Shown: positions 17,958-27,206 of the stretch, piece after piece
How positions within the stretch are numbered: the first letter of the stretch is position 1
Layout: every line of letters starts with the position of its first letter
Source of the DNA: an uncultured Acidobacteriaceae bacterium
GTDB lineage: Bacteria > Acidobacteriota > Terriglobia > Terriglobales > Acidobacteriaceae
Assembly (NCBI GenBank): GCA_963834085.1
Contig: CAWIAJ010000003.1
Coordinates: 3,834-67,833, forward strand
DNA: 64,000 nt
Direction of reading: 5' to 3'
The notes under the pieces: model-generated
Told to the model about the DNA's origin: nothing
The model's database searches: none
The model's input: only the letters and a program-made list of their open reading frames with translations
Made by a program: the position numbers and the translations under genes

Positions 17958-19802
17958 TTGTCTTGGACCATCCCCCGATATCGAGACTTGTGGCGCTTTC
18001 GGGCGCCGCTGAGTGCCGGTGAAATACGACGGACGGAGCGCTGGCTGGCGACGGCGCGAGTCGCGCTGACCATTGCGGCAGAACTCACGTTGTGGATGGA
18101 GCCGGCACGGCGGTTTACCTATTCACGTTGGCTGTACTGGATGCTAACGGTTTATCTCGTGCACGCCGTGGTGGTAATGTTTCTGGTGCGGTTCCGGCCG
18201 CGCTCGACGAGGGCGTTTCGGCTGGTGGTGCACGCGCTAGACATTTTGTGGCCGGTATTGATTTCGATGTTTGCGCCGGCGCAACAAGGTCCGTTTTTTC
18301 TCTTCTTCGTTTTTGTTATGGCGGCCGCGGCGTACCGCTGGGGCTTATGGGAAACGGTCGGGACCGCTGTCGTCGCCGCGTTGTTGCTGTGGACAGGGGC
18401 GTTTGCGGTCCGCGAAGGATTAGAAACGGCGGCCGATCATTGGCTGCACCTCATGCACCTGCCGCGGCTCGGTGTGAGCGTGCATGAGATGGACCTGCAA
18501 CAGCTCTTCATGAGTTCGGTCTATCTGATCGTGCCTGGCTTTTTGCTCGGCTACATGTCCGAAAACCAGAACAAGATTCGGGCCGAACGCGCTGTCATTA
18601 CGCGCGTCCTCAGTTCGACGCGGGTGGAAGCGGGCCTGACCGGAACGATGCAGCAGATTCTGGGAGAGGTGATGAGCATTTACGGCTCGCCCCGCATTGT
18701 GAGCGCCTCGCAGGAAGCTCACAGTTATCGAGTGTTTCTCGCCGAGATCAAACGACGGAGCGATGGGCATGGCAATGAGGAACTGCGCTGGCGCGAGGCA
18801 ATGCCGGAAACAGAAAAAGTGTATTTATTCGACTCTCCTGCGGATGCAATTTACGCGTCGTGCAGCGGGACTGGTTTTCGCAGCGTGTTGCTCAGACGCG
18901 ATGGCGAGCGTCTTCGTGATGCGGACACGGAATTTCTAAAGGCGTTAACCACACTGGAGAAATGTGACGTTGTGGTTTCCGTCGCGCTGGCTTTTGGCAG
19001 CGAGTGGACGGGCCGGGTGTTTCTGTTCGATCCGACACTGATGGGTGATCCGGAAGAGGAGCTGCGATTCCTGCAGGAATTCGCGCAACAGGTGGGTCCG
19101 GCGATTTACAACGTTTACCTGATGCGGCGCCTGCGCGAGCGCGCTGGGGCGCTGGAGCGAGCACGTTTTGCGAGGGAACTGCATGACGGAGCGATTCAAT
19201 CGCTGATCGCGGTCGAGATGCAATTGGACGTTCTGCGGCGCCAGTCGGGCACGCAAGCGCCGGTGGTGAACTCGGAACTGGGGCGGATTCAGAAACTTTT
19301 GCGCGAGGAAGTTCTGAAGCTGCGCGAATTGATGCAGGCGATGAAATCGTTTGAGGTCAATGCGGAACGGCTGCTCGCTTTTATCACGGATACCGTGGAA
19401 CGGTTTCGGCGGGAGACAGGAATTGCTGCCGAGTTTGTCAGCGAGTTGCAACGCGTCGATCTGGCGCAGAAGGGATGCCGTGAACTGGCTCGAATTGTGC
19501 AGGAGAGCCTGGTGAATGTGCGCAAACACAGCGGCGCACACAATGTCCTGGTGCGACTGGCGCAGCGCAACGGGAACTTGCAGTTGACTGTAGAGGACGA
19601 CGGCAAGGGGTTTTCATTCGCAGGGAAGTTAACCGACGCGGAACTCGAAACAACAGGAAAGGGTCCGGCCGTGATTCGGGAACGAGTGCGTCTATTGGAG
19701 GGCGAACTCACGATAGAATCGACACCGGGTCACGGCGCACGGCTGGAGGTTCGAATTCCGCCGGCGGGCAAGCCCAATCATGAACCGGCCAATCACGGAT
19801 AG
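17958..19802 (+). CDS. sensor histidine kinase (HisKA_3 / NarL-partner type)
   Basis: It has N-terminal TM helices, the H-box FARELHDGAIQSLIAVEMQL, the N-box ESLVNVRKHSGA, VEDDGKGF and a GHGARLEVRIP end. The start codon (TTG 17958) is uncertain. Confidence 0.8.
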   Translation: MSWTIPRYRDLWRFRAPLSAGEIRRTERWLATARVALTIAAELTLWMEPARRFTYSRWLYWMLTVYLVHAVVVMFLVRFRPRSTRAFRLVVHALDILWPVLISMFAPAQQGPFFLFFVFVMAAAAYRWGLWETVGTAVVAALLLWTGAFAVREGLETAADHWLHLMHLPRLGVSVHEMDLQQLFMSSVYLIVPGFLLGYMSENQNKIRAERAVITRVLSSTRVEAGLTGTMQQILGEVMSIYGSPRIVSASQEAHSYRVFLAEIKRRSDGHGNEELRWREAMPETEKVYLFDSPADAIYASCSGTGFRSVLLRRDGERLRDADTEFLKALTTLEKCDVVVSVALAFGSEWTGRVFLFDPTLMGDPEEELRFLQEFAQQVGPAIYNVYLMRRLRERAGALERARFARELHDGAIQSLIAVEMQLDVLRRQSGTQAPVVNSELGRIQKLLREEVLKLRELMQAMKSFEVNAERLLAFITDTVERFRRETGIAAEFVSELQRVDLAQKGCRELARIVQESLVNVRKHSGAHNVLVRLAQRNGNLQLTVEDDGKGFSFAGKLTDAELETTGKGPAVIRERVRLLEGELTIESTPGHGARLEVRIPPAGKPNHEPANHG

Positions 19803-19823
19803 ACCGGGCGCGGAGCGAGCGGG

Positions 19824-20543
19824 ATGGACCGCTTGAACAGCAACAAGAAAATTATGGACAAACGAAGCCAGCCTATACGCATTGTGATTGCGGATGACCA
19901 TCCTATTTTTCGCGACGGTTTGAGACGCCTGCTCGAATCGGAAGGCGAGATGAAAGTAATCGGAGAAGCGTGCGACGGTGCCGAAGCGGTCAAACTGGCG
20001 ACGGAGATGAAGCCGGATGTGCTGTTACTTGATTTGGCGATGCCGCGCCACACTGGATTGGACGCGCTGCGCGATTTGAACACGAATGCCGGCGCTGCGA
20101 GTGCGGTGCGCATTATCCTGCTGACCGCGGCGGTGGAGAAAAAGCAAGTTGTCGAAGCGCTGCAATTAGGAGCGAGAGGCGTGGTGTTGAAGGATTCCGC
20201 GACCCAGTTATTGCTGAAGAGCATTCACGCGGTGATGGCGGGAGAATACTGGGTAGGGCGGGATAGTGTCTCGAATCTGGTGCAATACCTGCGCAATCTG
20301 ATGCAGAGCACGAATGAGGAATCGAAACAGAAGAAGTTCGGGCTGACGCCGCGCGAACTGGAGATTGTGTCCGCCGTGGTGGCGGGCTACGCGAATCGTG
20401 AAATCGCGGAATATTTCAAGATCAGCGAGGATACGGTAAAGCACCATCTGAGCAACATTTTTGACAAACTTGGGGTTTCGACACGATTGGAACTCGCACT
20501 TTTTGCGGTGAACCAAGGCCTTCCGCTGAAGACAATTGTTTAA
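19824..20543 (+). CDS. response regulator, LuxR/NarL family
   Basis: The receiver domain has IRIVIADDHPIFRDGL and DVLLLDLAMPRHTG. The C-terminal HTH reads LTPRELEIVSAVVAGYANREIAEYFKISEDTVKHHLSNIFDKLGV. An alternative ATG lies at 19854. Confidence 0.9.
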   Translation: MDRLNSNKKIMDKRSQPIRIVIADDHPIFRDGLRRLLESEGEMKVIGEACDGAEAVKLATEMKPDVLLLDLAMPRHTGLDALRDLNTNAGAASAVRIILLTAAVEKKQVVEALQLGARGVVLKDSATQLLLKSIHAVMAGEYWVGRDSVSNLVQYLRNLMQSTNEESKQKKFGLTPRELEIVSAVVAGYANREIAEYFKISEDTVKHHLSNIFDKLGVSTRLELALFAVNQGLPLKTIV

Positions 20544-20729
20544 TAAAGCTATTGTAATGAGCAATTTGAGTGTTATTTTTGCGTATGGCACGAAAGTGCC
20601 ATGTGAGGTCACTGGAGTGCCATTGGGTACAGGTTAAATTCACGATAACTTTACAAACATTACGACGGCGAACTATATCCCCTGAACAACGTTTCGAAAA
20701 AAGGGCGCGCCATCGAATTAGGGGCAAAT

Positions 20730-20897
20730 ATGATTCAAAAGATTCGTCAGTTGTGTAACGAGGAGAGCGGTCAAGACGTTGCCGAATATGCGGTGATGCT
20801 GGCTGTGATCCTCGTAATCGTAATTGGCACGGTCCGTTTGATTGGCGGCAACGCGAATAACGTGTTCTCGTCGGTCGGCAGTCAGATGTCGCAGTAG
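20730..20897 (+). CDS. flp: Flp family type IVb pilin (55 aa)
   Basis: This ORF is below the track size cut-off. My translation is MIQKIRQLCNEESGQDVAEYAVMLAVILVIVIGTVRLIGGNANNVFSSVGSQMSQ. It has the G/xxxxEY prepilin processing motif followed by a hydrophobic helix, as in Flp/Fap pilins. Confidence 0.75.
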   Translation: MIQKIRQLCNEESGQDVAEYAVMLAVILVIVIGTVRLIGGNANNVFSSVGSQMSQ

Positions 20898-21130
20898 CTC
20901 GCGAACTGGCCGGTGTCATTTGGCAGCGGCCCTCCCAGCAGTATTCCGCTTGATTCTCTCCGTCTAGATCCCCGAAACGAAACTTGGTGTTTGTCTTGCT
21001 CTGCGTCCATCGTTATTGTGCGCCGCCGTTCACTGAAATGGGGGCGGAACGAAGCGCTCCAGATTTCGCCTTGGGCGCGGAGATGCCAACGGTTTCCGCG
21101 AAACCGGTTCCTGGACGGGCGACAACCGAC

Positions 21131-22954
21131 CTAACGTCCTGAAGGAGTTGCGACGGGCATAGGTGCTGTTTTTTCCGGGCCATTCGTGCTGAGGCGGGTA
21201 AGGAACGGGAAGAAGGGCGTGACCTCAAACGGCATTTTTTCCGCAGCCGTTGTAATGGCGACGGGTTTGGTCTTGATCAGTTCGAGTTGATCGCTCCAAG
21301 GATCGATCTTTACTCGGCCACCGAGAGGAAGGGCTGCGATCTGGTCAGCCTTCTTCGGATCGAACTGCGGCGACGAGGTCATCAGCGAAGACATACGAGT
21401 GGCATCGCCGTTGAGGAGACTGTCGCCGAGATGCGCGCGGATCAAATTCTTTAAGGCGGGAGCCCTCGCCTGCACGGCTTTCAAGAACAATCCTGCATTA
21501 CCGAGTTTGTCTTTGTAGGGAGAGTTGTTGAGTAGCTCGATGGCTTTCTTGTCGGCGGCTTCTTCTTCTGCCTTGTCACGCGCGAAGTCCATGCGCTCGA
21601 AGGTGCGCTCGTCGGGGAAGAACATGCGATCGTTGAAGGCGAGCTTGGTATTGAGATGATGACCGAGGACGATGTGTGCCAGTTCGTGGGTCAGGATCAT
21701 CGCGAGGGCAGCTTCGTCGGGAAGCACGTCAATCATGCCGCGGCTGACGACGATGGTGTGGCCGATGGTGAATGATTCGAGCGGCGTGGTCATCAAAACG
21801 CGACAGTGGACATCCGGTTGGATATCGAGGTTGTTGGTGACCATCATGTTATTGACGACGGTCTGAAGAACTTTGTCGATTTCGCCTTCGGGTGCGAGCA
21901 GGCCGATCTGCTGCAAACGGTCGAGCACGTTGATCTCGGCCTGACGTTCCCACTGGCGCTGCGCCTCGATGGGCGATGCGTCTTGCGCTTTCTGACTCTG
22001 ATCTTGTACAGACTGGGGCGCGTCGACAGTGATCTCTGTAAATTCTGAGTTTCGCCGAAGATCTTTCAGGTTATATCCCCAAAGACGGGTCTGGGCTTTG
22101 TAGTCGAGGGTTTGGCCGAGGCGATATTTGAGGTCGGATTCCTCGGAATAAATCAGAGATGGCAGCCACACGCCAGGGCGGAGGTTGGCGCGCCAACTGT
22201 CGAAGTGCAAGTAGTAACTGGCGCGAGGATGAGGATAATAAGTGCCGTTGAAGCGGACAATGTTGTAGTCCTGATCTTCGATCCAAATGCGGCCCAGGAA
22301 GCGTCCCTTGCCGGCATCTTTTTTGGGGGCAACGTCCATGACGATGCACTTCACTTCGCCGAGAAACTCGCGGCGAACGAAAGTGAAGTCGTAATACTTG
22401 CGCTGAAAATCCTCATCGAGCACGACCATCTGGGCAAAGCCCAGCGGCAGAAACTTCATGGAATAGACATTGCTCAACTTGCTGATCATGCGCTTGCCGA
22501 GGCCGGAGGTAGTGGGCGAGGAGAAGGTGCGGTCATCGGTACCGGCACTCATATCCAGGCGGCCGAGGAAGTAGACATCGCTAACCGGGGCAGGAGCGCC
22601 AAGTTCTTTATCTTCCTTCAGATTCTGCAGGTAAGTTTCTACGAGGGGATGGAGTTGTTTCATCTGCGCCATGAAGAAATGCTCGCGCTCGATGGAACGG
22701 TCGATAACCTGGTCGAAGCTGGCGGCGGCGGCAGAAGCCTGTTGGACGGCGGTGTCTCGCGTGGAAAGCTTCGGATCGGGAGCGGGCGAAGGGGCCGTGG
22801 TTGAAGCGGGAGGCGGAGTGGGGGCCTGCGCAGTGGTCGCGGGCACGGTCTGATCAGGCGTAGTCTGCGCGGAAACAGACGTAAGTCCGCAGACCAGGGA
22901 GAGCGTAAGAACAGCCAATGCCAGAGGGAAGCGCAACATTTGGGTTTGTTTCAT
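21131..22954 (-). CDS. secreted M48-family zinc metallopeptidase with a long N-terminal domain
   Basis: 607 aa with a signal peptide and the HExxH motif in MILTHELAHIVLGHHL. Confidence 0.75.
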   Translation of the reverse strand: MKQTQMLRFPLALAVLTLSLVCGLTSVSAQTTPDQTVPATTAQAPTPPPASTTAPSPAPDPKLSTRDTAVQQASAAAASFDQVIDRSIEREHFFMAQMKQLHPLVETYLQNLKEDKELGAPAPVSDVYFLGRLDMSAGTDDRTFSSPTTSGLGKRMISKLSNVYSMKFLPLGFAQMVVLDEDFQRKYYDFTFVRREFLGEVKCIVMDVAPKKDAGKGRFLGRIWIEDQDYNIVRFNGTYYPHPRASYYLHFDSWRANLRPGVWLPSLIYSEESDLKYRLGQTLDYKAQTRLWGYNLKDLRRNSEFTEITVDAPQSVQDQSQKAQDASPIEAQRQWERQAEINVLDRLQQIGLLAPEGEIDKVLQTVVNNMMVTNNLDIQPDVHCRVLMTTPLESFTIGHTIVVSRGMIDVLPDEAALAMILTHELAHIVLGHHLNTKLAFNDRMFFPDERTFERMDFARDKAEEEAADKKAIELLNNSPYKDKLGNAGLFLKAVQARAPALKNLIRAHLGDSLLNGDATRMSSLMTSSPQFDPKKADQIAALPLGGRVKIDPWSDQLELIKTKPVAITTAAEKMPFEVTPFFPFLTRLSTNGPEKTAPMPVATPSGR

Positions 22955-23001
22955 TCTACCTGTGATGCGTGATGAATGCTTACAAGTAAATGATGAGTAC
23001 C

Positions 23002-24042
23002 TTACGACGCCAATTGAAACTCGATGTGCAGAACTGCCTCAAAGTCGGCGGGCTGCCCGTCTTTCTGGGCGGGCTTGAACTGAATTTTCTCCGCGGCGTG
23101 AACTGCGGATTCGTCCAATCCGTGACCAAGGCCACGCATAACTTTAACGATGCGAATCTGCCCGTTGGCGGTAAAGACGACATCGAGCAGAACTTCGCCT
23201 TCAATCTTAAGCTGTCGGCCCTCATCCGTGTAGATAGGGCGTGGCTTGAATGTTATCTCTACAGGTAACGTCTTGACGGTCAAGGCGACGGACTTGGCTT
23301 TGGGTTGGGACGCGACAACGTCGGCGTCTCCGAAAGCTCCTTGGCGAACGGCGCCACGGGCACCGGAAATCCCGGAACTGTTGCCGGTGGCGACACCGCT
23401 GCCAAAACCAGTGCTGGCCACTACGCCACGAGCGCCGTGCGAGCCACCAGTACCGTTGCCGGAACCGGGTCCGTAAGGCAAATCGATTGAGCCAGCCTGC
23501 GCGATGGTTACGGCATGACCGTGCGGATCGGAAGCGGGAACGCCGTTTGGATCACCGAAACCGCCGGTCTGAACTTTGGCGGGAGCGGCCGCCATGGTTG
23601 GGGTGGCGGAGCTTCCAGTGGAAAATACATTTGTCTTCACCGGAGGCCGCGGAATGACGGGCTGAGCATCGGGCAAGAGTTCTTTTTTCGCGGCCAGCGT
23701 GACCTTGGGAGCTTGCTCTTCGGGAACGGGCGGCTTCTTCTGCACGAGTTCGGCGGGAACACGCATGGCTTCAGGGCGCGGCGTTACAGGCTCCGTAATT
23801 TTTGGAGTGGGTAGAGAAAAGTGTCTTACCGGCGCGGGTGCCTGCGGAATTGGTGGAGGCGTGCTGACCAGGCTAACGAAGTGGTAGTCGTGAACGGGAA
23901 GCACAAGGACGTCGGGATAAGCGACGGCGATGATGATGAAGAAAGCCACCACCACGGACTGGACGCCGTAGCTGAGAACGAACCGCTCCCAACGAGTACG
24001 AGGCTCGGGAAGTAGACCTAGGGTCAAATCCATGTTTGCCAC
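23002..24042 (-). CDS. energy transducer TonB family protein
   Basis: It has an N-terminal TM anchor, a Pro-rich spacer (STPPPIPQAPAPV...KKPPVPEEQAPK) and a TonB_C-like end (GEVLLDVVFTANGQIRIVKVMRGLGHGLDESAVHAAEKIQFKPAQKDGQP). Confidence 0.8.
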   Translation of the reverse strand: MANMDLTLGLLPEPRTRWERFVLSYGVQSVVVAFFIIIAVAYPDVLVLPVHDYHFVSLVSTPPPIPQAPAPVRHFSLPTPKITEPVTPRPEAMRVPAELVQKKPPVPEEQAPKVTLAAKKELLPDAQPVIPRPPVKTNVFSTGSSATPTMAAAPAKVQTGGFGDPNGVPASDPHGHAVTIAQAGSIDLPYGPGSGNGTGGSHGARGVVASTGFGSGVATGNSSGISGARGAVRQGAFGDADVVASQPKAKSVALTVKTLPVEITFKPRPIYTDEGRQLKIEGEVLLDVVFTANGQIRIVKVMRGLGHGLDESAVHAAEKIQFKPAQKDGQPADFEAVLHIEFQLAS

Positions 24043-24433
24043 CTCATTAAGCGACTTGCTTAGTGTCAGCGAGAAGAAGGGATTCGTCGGACAGCACGTT
24101 TAAGAGTCCCGGGAGACGGGCTGAAAGACGATACTTCTGTTCTGTAGAGTGCACGCCGAAGGCCATTTTCGGCGAAGGTTCCACCTACATAAGATGCTGT
24201 TAAGCGGTCACTTACATGGGGAAAATTGGATTTTAACAGATCAGAACAAGTGATCTGCAAGGTTTTTCCTACTTGGGCAGGAGAAAATTTTAGAGGAAAC
24301 TGGAAGATTTTGCATTCGGGCAGGGTAAAGTTCCTGGGAGGGTCGGGCCAGCGCTAATGCGTTCAGGCAGGTGCAAGTCGGATGTTTCGTTTTAAATGTC
24401 CGGCTTGGATAAAGACCAGATCGTGCTGCAGGG

Positions 24434-24724
24434 CTACTCGTCGTCGGCGTCGTCTAGCTTGATGCGCAGCGACTTGAGAAACTTGAGATCCTGATCGCTG
24501 ATTTTGAGTTCGGCGTTGGTGCTGAGGGTGGAGACGAGAGAGGTTTTATCGGTGCTGTGCTCTCCCTGCTTGCTGACGCCGATGGTGGCTTCGAGGACTA
24601 AGAAAATGTCGTAGCCGCCCTCCTTGATGCGAGACACAACTTCGGCGATCTGTTCGGAGTCGGAAAGAGACTCGTTAATCGCTTCCCCAAGCTCTTTCAT
24701 TAATTGGTTCAGTTGCTGATCCAC
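24434..24724 (-). CDS. small acidic hypothetical protein (96 aa)
   Basis: This is the only long ORF in this spacer and its codon bias looks coding. I recognise no family. Confidence 0.45.
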   Translation of the reverse strand: MDQQLNQLMKELGEAINESLSDSEQIAEVVSRIKEGGYDIFLVLEATIGVSKQGEHSTDKTSLVSTLSTNAELKISDQDLKFLKSLRIKLDDADDE

Positions 24725-24957
24725 GAACCCCCCTCGAATCGGACGCCGCTGATGGGCAAAATCACAAACAGGTGTGAGTTAACCTCTCGTCATTGTACGC
24801 CGGGCCGCTGCTAAAATCGAATCGTGCGGGATTTCGTGGTGCGGCGGCCAGAGCGCTAACCGCGAAGGTCACGAAGAGCACACGAAGGACAAATTGTGAG
24901 CCAAGACGGGCATTCGATCTTGTGTGTGGGATTGCGAGGATGGATTAGGAGCGGACG

Positions 24958-25308
24958 GTGACAGGTTTATTCAACGGGGAAGCGGTGGCGAAAATCAGGC
25001 GGTATTACCGTGCGGCGATCCAGATGGTGGAGAGCAACCGGACGGGGCGGGCGATGTTTGCCGGATTTCGAGCCACGACGCGATCGTTCGGAAAGGTACT
25101 GCATCAACTTTGGCTGGAGGTGACGGGGTTCACTTTTCTCGCGATCGCTGTAATCGGAGGGCTTGCGGGGATGCGCGAGTACGGGAAATACCAGTCCGGG
25201 CATGCGAATGGGCCGGGGCGGCTGTTGCTGGCAGTGTGTTTCACCGTGACGTTTGCGTGGTTTGGAGCGACTTCGTTTTGGCGGTTGAAACGGAGAGCGA
25301 AGGGCTGA
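24958..25308 (+). CDS. hypothetical membrane protein (116 aa, two predicted TM helices)
   Basis: GTG start. The hydrophobic segments are VTGFTFLAIAVIGGLAG and LLLAVCFTVTFAWFGATSF. No family recognised. Confidence 0.4.
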   Translation: MTGLFNGEAVAKIRRYYRAAIQMVESNRTGRAMFAGFRATTRSFGKVLHQLWLEVTGFTFLAIAVIGGLAGMREYGKYQSGHANGPGRLLLAVCFTVTFAWFGATSFWRLKRRAKG

Positions 25309-25393
25309 GAGAATCGTGTTTCGCGTCTGCGGTGCGATTCAGATTGTGGGCTGGAGTGCCTGGCAGAATTTATCGGATGGACGAGGTCGGCGG

Positions 25394-25573
25394 CTAGGAA
25401 GCGGGTTTGTAGTCGCAGGCGGACCGGCACGCTTCGCAGTACAAGAGGCCATCCGTGCAGAGACGGACGTTGAGTTGGGACTGGCAGAAGACGCAGAATT
25501 TTTCGCAGGAGCAGCGATCTTCCGACTGCTCACACTGCGCGCAAACGACTTGACTTGCCGGTTTCGAGGACAT
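25394..25573 (-). CDS. small Cys-rich (zinc-ribbon-like) protein, 59 aa
   Basis: From the internal ATG at 25573 it reads MSSKPASQVVCAQCEQSEDRCSCEKFCVFCQSQLNVRLCTDGLLYCEACRSACDYKPAS. That gives 11 Cys (my recount of this string), including three CxxC pairs and one CxC. Confidence 0.45.
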   Translation of the reverse strand: MSSKPASQVVCAQCEQSEDRCSCEKFCVFCQSQLNVRLCTDGLLYCEACRSACDYKPAS

Positions 25574-25904
25574 GGATCGAGTGTAGTTCGGGGGCAGCGG
25601 GTAAGAAACATAACGGAAGTCACCGGAGGGCCGCGCGCGTGCGTCGCGAGGCAACACTCAAGCGACAACCACTAAGGGCACGGCGGTACACGAAGGTAAA
25701 ACCTTAGGGGCGAAGGGCTGGGTGCTGTTCGCGTTCCTAATGATTGAGATCATGGTGGGTGGTTATTTGGGAAGCGCAAAGAAAACGAACTCGCTGGGGT
25801 GGAGATTCGAGGGCTCAGACCGGGATCTTGCGTTTATGCTAAGTTAAACAGTTCCAGATTGAGGCAGCCCAGCCACTGCCGCAGAGATTGAGCCGAGGTT
25901 CCGC

Positions 25905-27065
25905 TTGTCTGTCGTCGAGACCGTACCCGCTGTTCCAAATCGTGTTCGCAAGACTCCATTGAATGCCGTCCATCGCGAGATGGGCGCGAAGATGGTGGAT
26001 TTCAACGGCTGGGATATGCCGGTGGAATATCCGGCGTCGATTGGTTGCGGGATCGTCAACGAGCACATGGCGGTGCGGACGGGCGTGGGCATTTTTGATG
26101 TCAGCCACATGGGCGACATTCGGCTTGCTGGCCGCGAGGCGCTGGCGGCGGTGCAGCATCTCTCGATGAATGACGCGTCGCGGTTGGCGATTGGGCAGGC
26201 GCAGTATTCGGCGTTGCTGTATCTGCAGGGGACGTTTGTCGATGATGTGATCGTGCATCGGCTTGCGGACGATGAGTATCTACTGGTGATCAATGCGGGC
26301 ACGCGGGAGAAAGATTTCAGCTGGGTGCGCGACAACACGCGGCAGTTTGATTGCGCGGTCGAAGATCTTTCCGATCAGTTCACTCAGATTGCGATTCAGG
26401 GTCCGAAGGGCGTGGATTTGCTCCAGAAATTGACCGACGCCGATTTGAGTACGGTGAAATTTTACTGGGTGACGCGGGGGACGCTGTGCGGGCTTCCAAA
26501 TATCCTGATCGGACGGACGGGGTACACGGCGGAAGACGGATTTGAAATTTATATTCCATCGGACGAGAAGATCAGCGCGCACGTCTGGTACGAGATTCTT
26601 GAGGCGGGCAAAGAGTTTGGTGTTCTCCCTTGTGGATTGGGGGCGCGCAACACGCTTCGGCTGGAAGGCAGCCTATCGCTTTATGGGCACGAAATTTCAG
26701 ACACGATCAATGTGTGGGAAGCGGGGCTGAGCCGTTTTTGCAAGATGGAGAAGTCCGACTTTCTGGGACGTGCGGCGCTGGAAAAAGCCAAGGCCGCGGG
26801 GCTGACGAAAACGCTGGTCGGACTCGAGATGGTGGAACGCGGCATCGCACGCGAAGGGTACAAGGTGCTGGACGATGCGGGAAATGAGATTGGGTATGTG
26901 ACAAGTGGTTCGCCGGCGCCCTTCCTGAAGAAGAATATTGCGATGGCTTATGTGCCGCCGGCGCAGAGCGCGATTGGGAATCGAGTGAAAGTTGAGATTC
27001 GGGGATCGGGAGTGGTGGCGCAGATTGTTCCGCTGCCGTTTTATAAGCGGCCGAAAAAAGCTTGA
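25905..27065 (+). CDS. gcvT: glycine cleavage system aminomethyltransferase (T protein)
   Basis: KTPLNAVHREMGAKMVDFNGWDMPVEY, GIFDVSHMG and TGYTAEDGFEIY are typical GcvT motifs. gcvH and gcvP follow. Confidence 0.9.
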   Translation: MSVVETVPAVPNRVRKTPLNAVHREMGAKMVDFNGWDMPVEYPASIGCGIVNEHMAVRTGVGIFDVSHMGDIRLAGREALAAVQHLSMNDASRLAIGQAQYSALLYLQGTFVDDVIVHRLADDEYLLVINAGTREKDFSWVRDNTRQFDCAVEDLSDQFTQIAIQGPKGVDLLQKLTDADLSTVKFYWVTRGTLCGLPNILIGRTGYTAEDGFEIYIPSDEKISAHVWYEILEAGKEFGVLPCGLGARNTLRLEGSLSLYGHEISDTINVWEAGLSRFCKMEKSDFLGRAALEKAKAAGLTKTLVGLEMVERGIAREGYKVLDDAGNEIGYVTSGSPAPFLKKNIAMAYVPPAQSAIGNRVKVEIRGSGVVAQIVPLPFYKRPKKA

Positions 27066-27206
27066 ACCACGAAGGGCCACGAAGGACGACCGAGAGGGAT
27101 GAGTCTGGTTTGGCATTGGATTCTCGAACCAGAAGATTGCACCATGAAGGGCGCTAAGGACCACTAAGGAAAACCTTGAACTGAGAACGAGGAGCGAGAG
27201 CTGAAC

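Noticed and set aside
17783-18088. N-terminal extension of the kinase-like ORF to 18088
   Set aside because: It would overlap the divergent kinase gene by 130 nt and adds non-membrane, Arg-rich sequence. ATG 17782 leads directly into the first TM helix.
20587-20602. Sigma-54 promoter (TGGCAC-N5-TTGC) upstream of flp
   Set aside because: TGGCAC is present, but the GG-to-GC spacing is 9 nt instead of 10 and the -12 element reads GTGCC. The sequence is better explained as a simple hairpin.
25658-25904. Glycine riboswitch upstream of gcvT
   Set aside because: I looked for the conserved aptamer cores (GGAGAG ... ACCGAAGGGGCAA-like and CUCUCAGG) on the plus strand. I found only the CACGAAGG-type words, with no tandem aptamer architecture. 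A covariance-model scan (RF00504) would be decisive.
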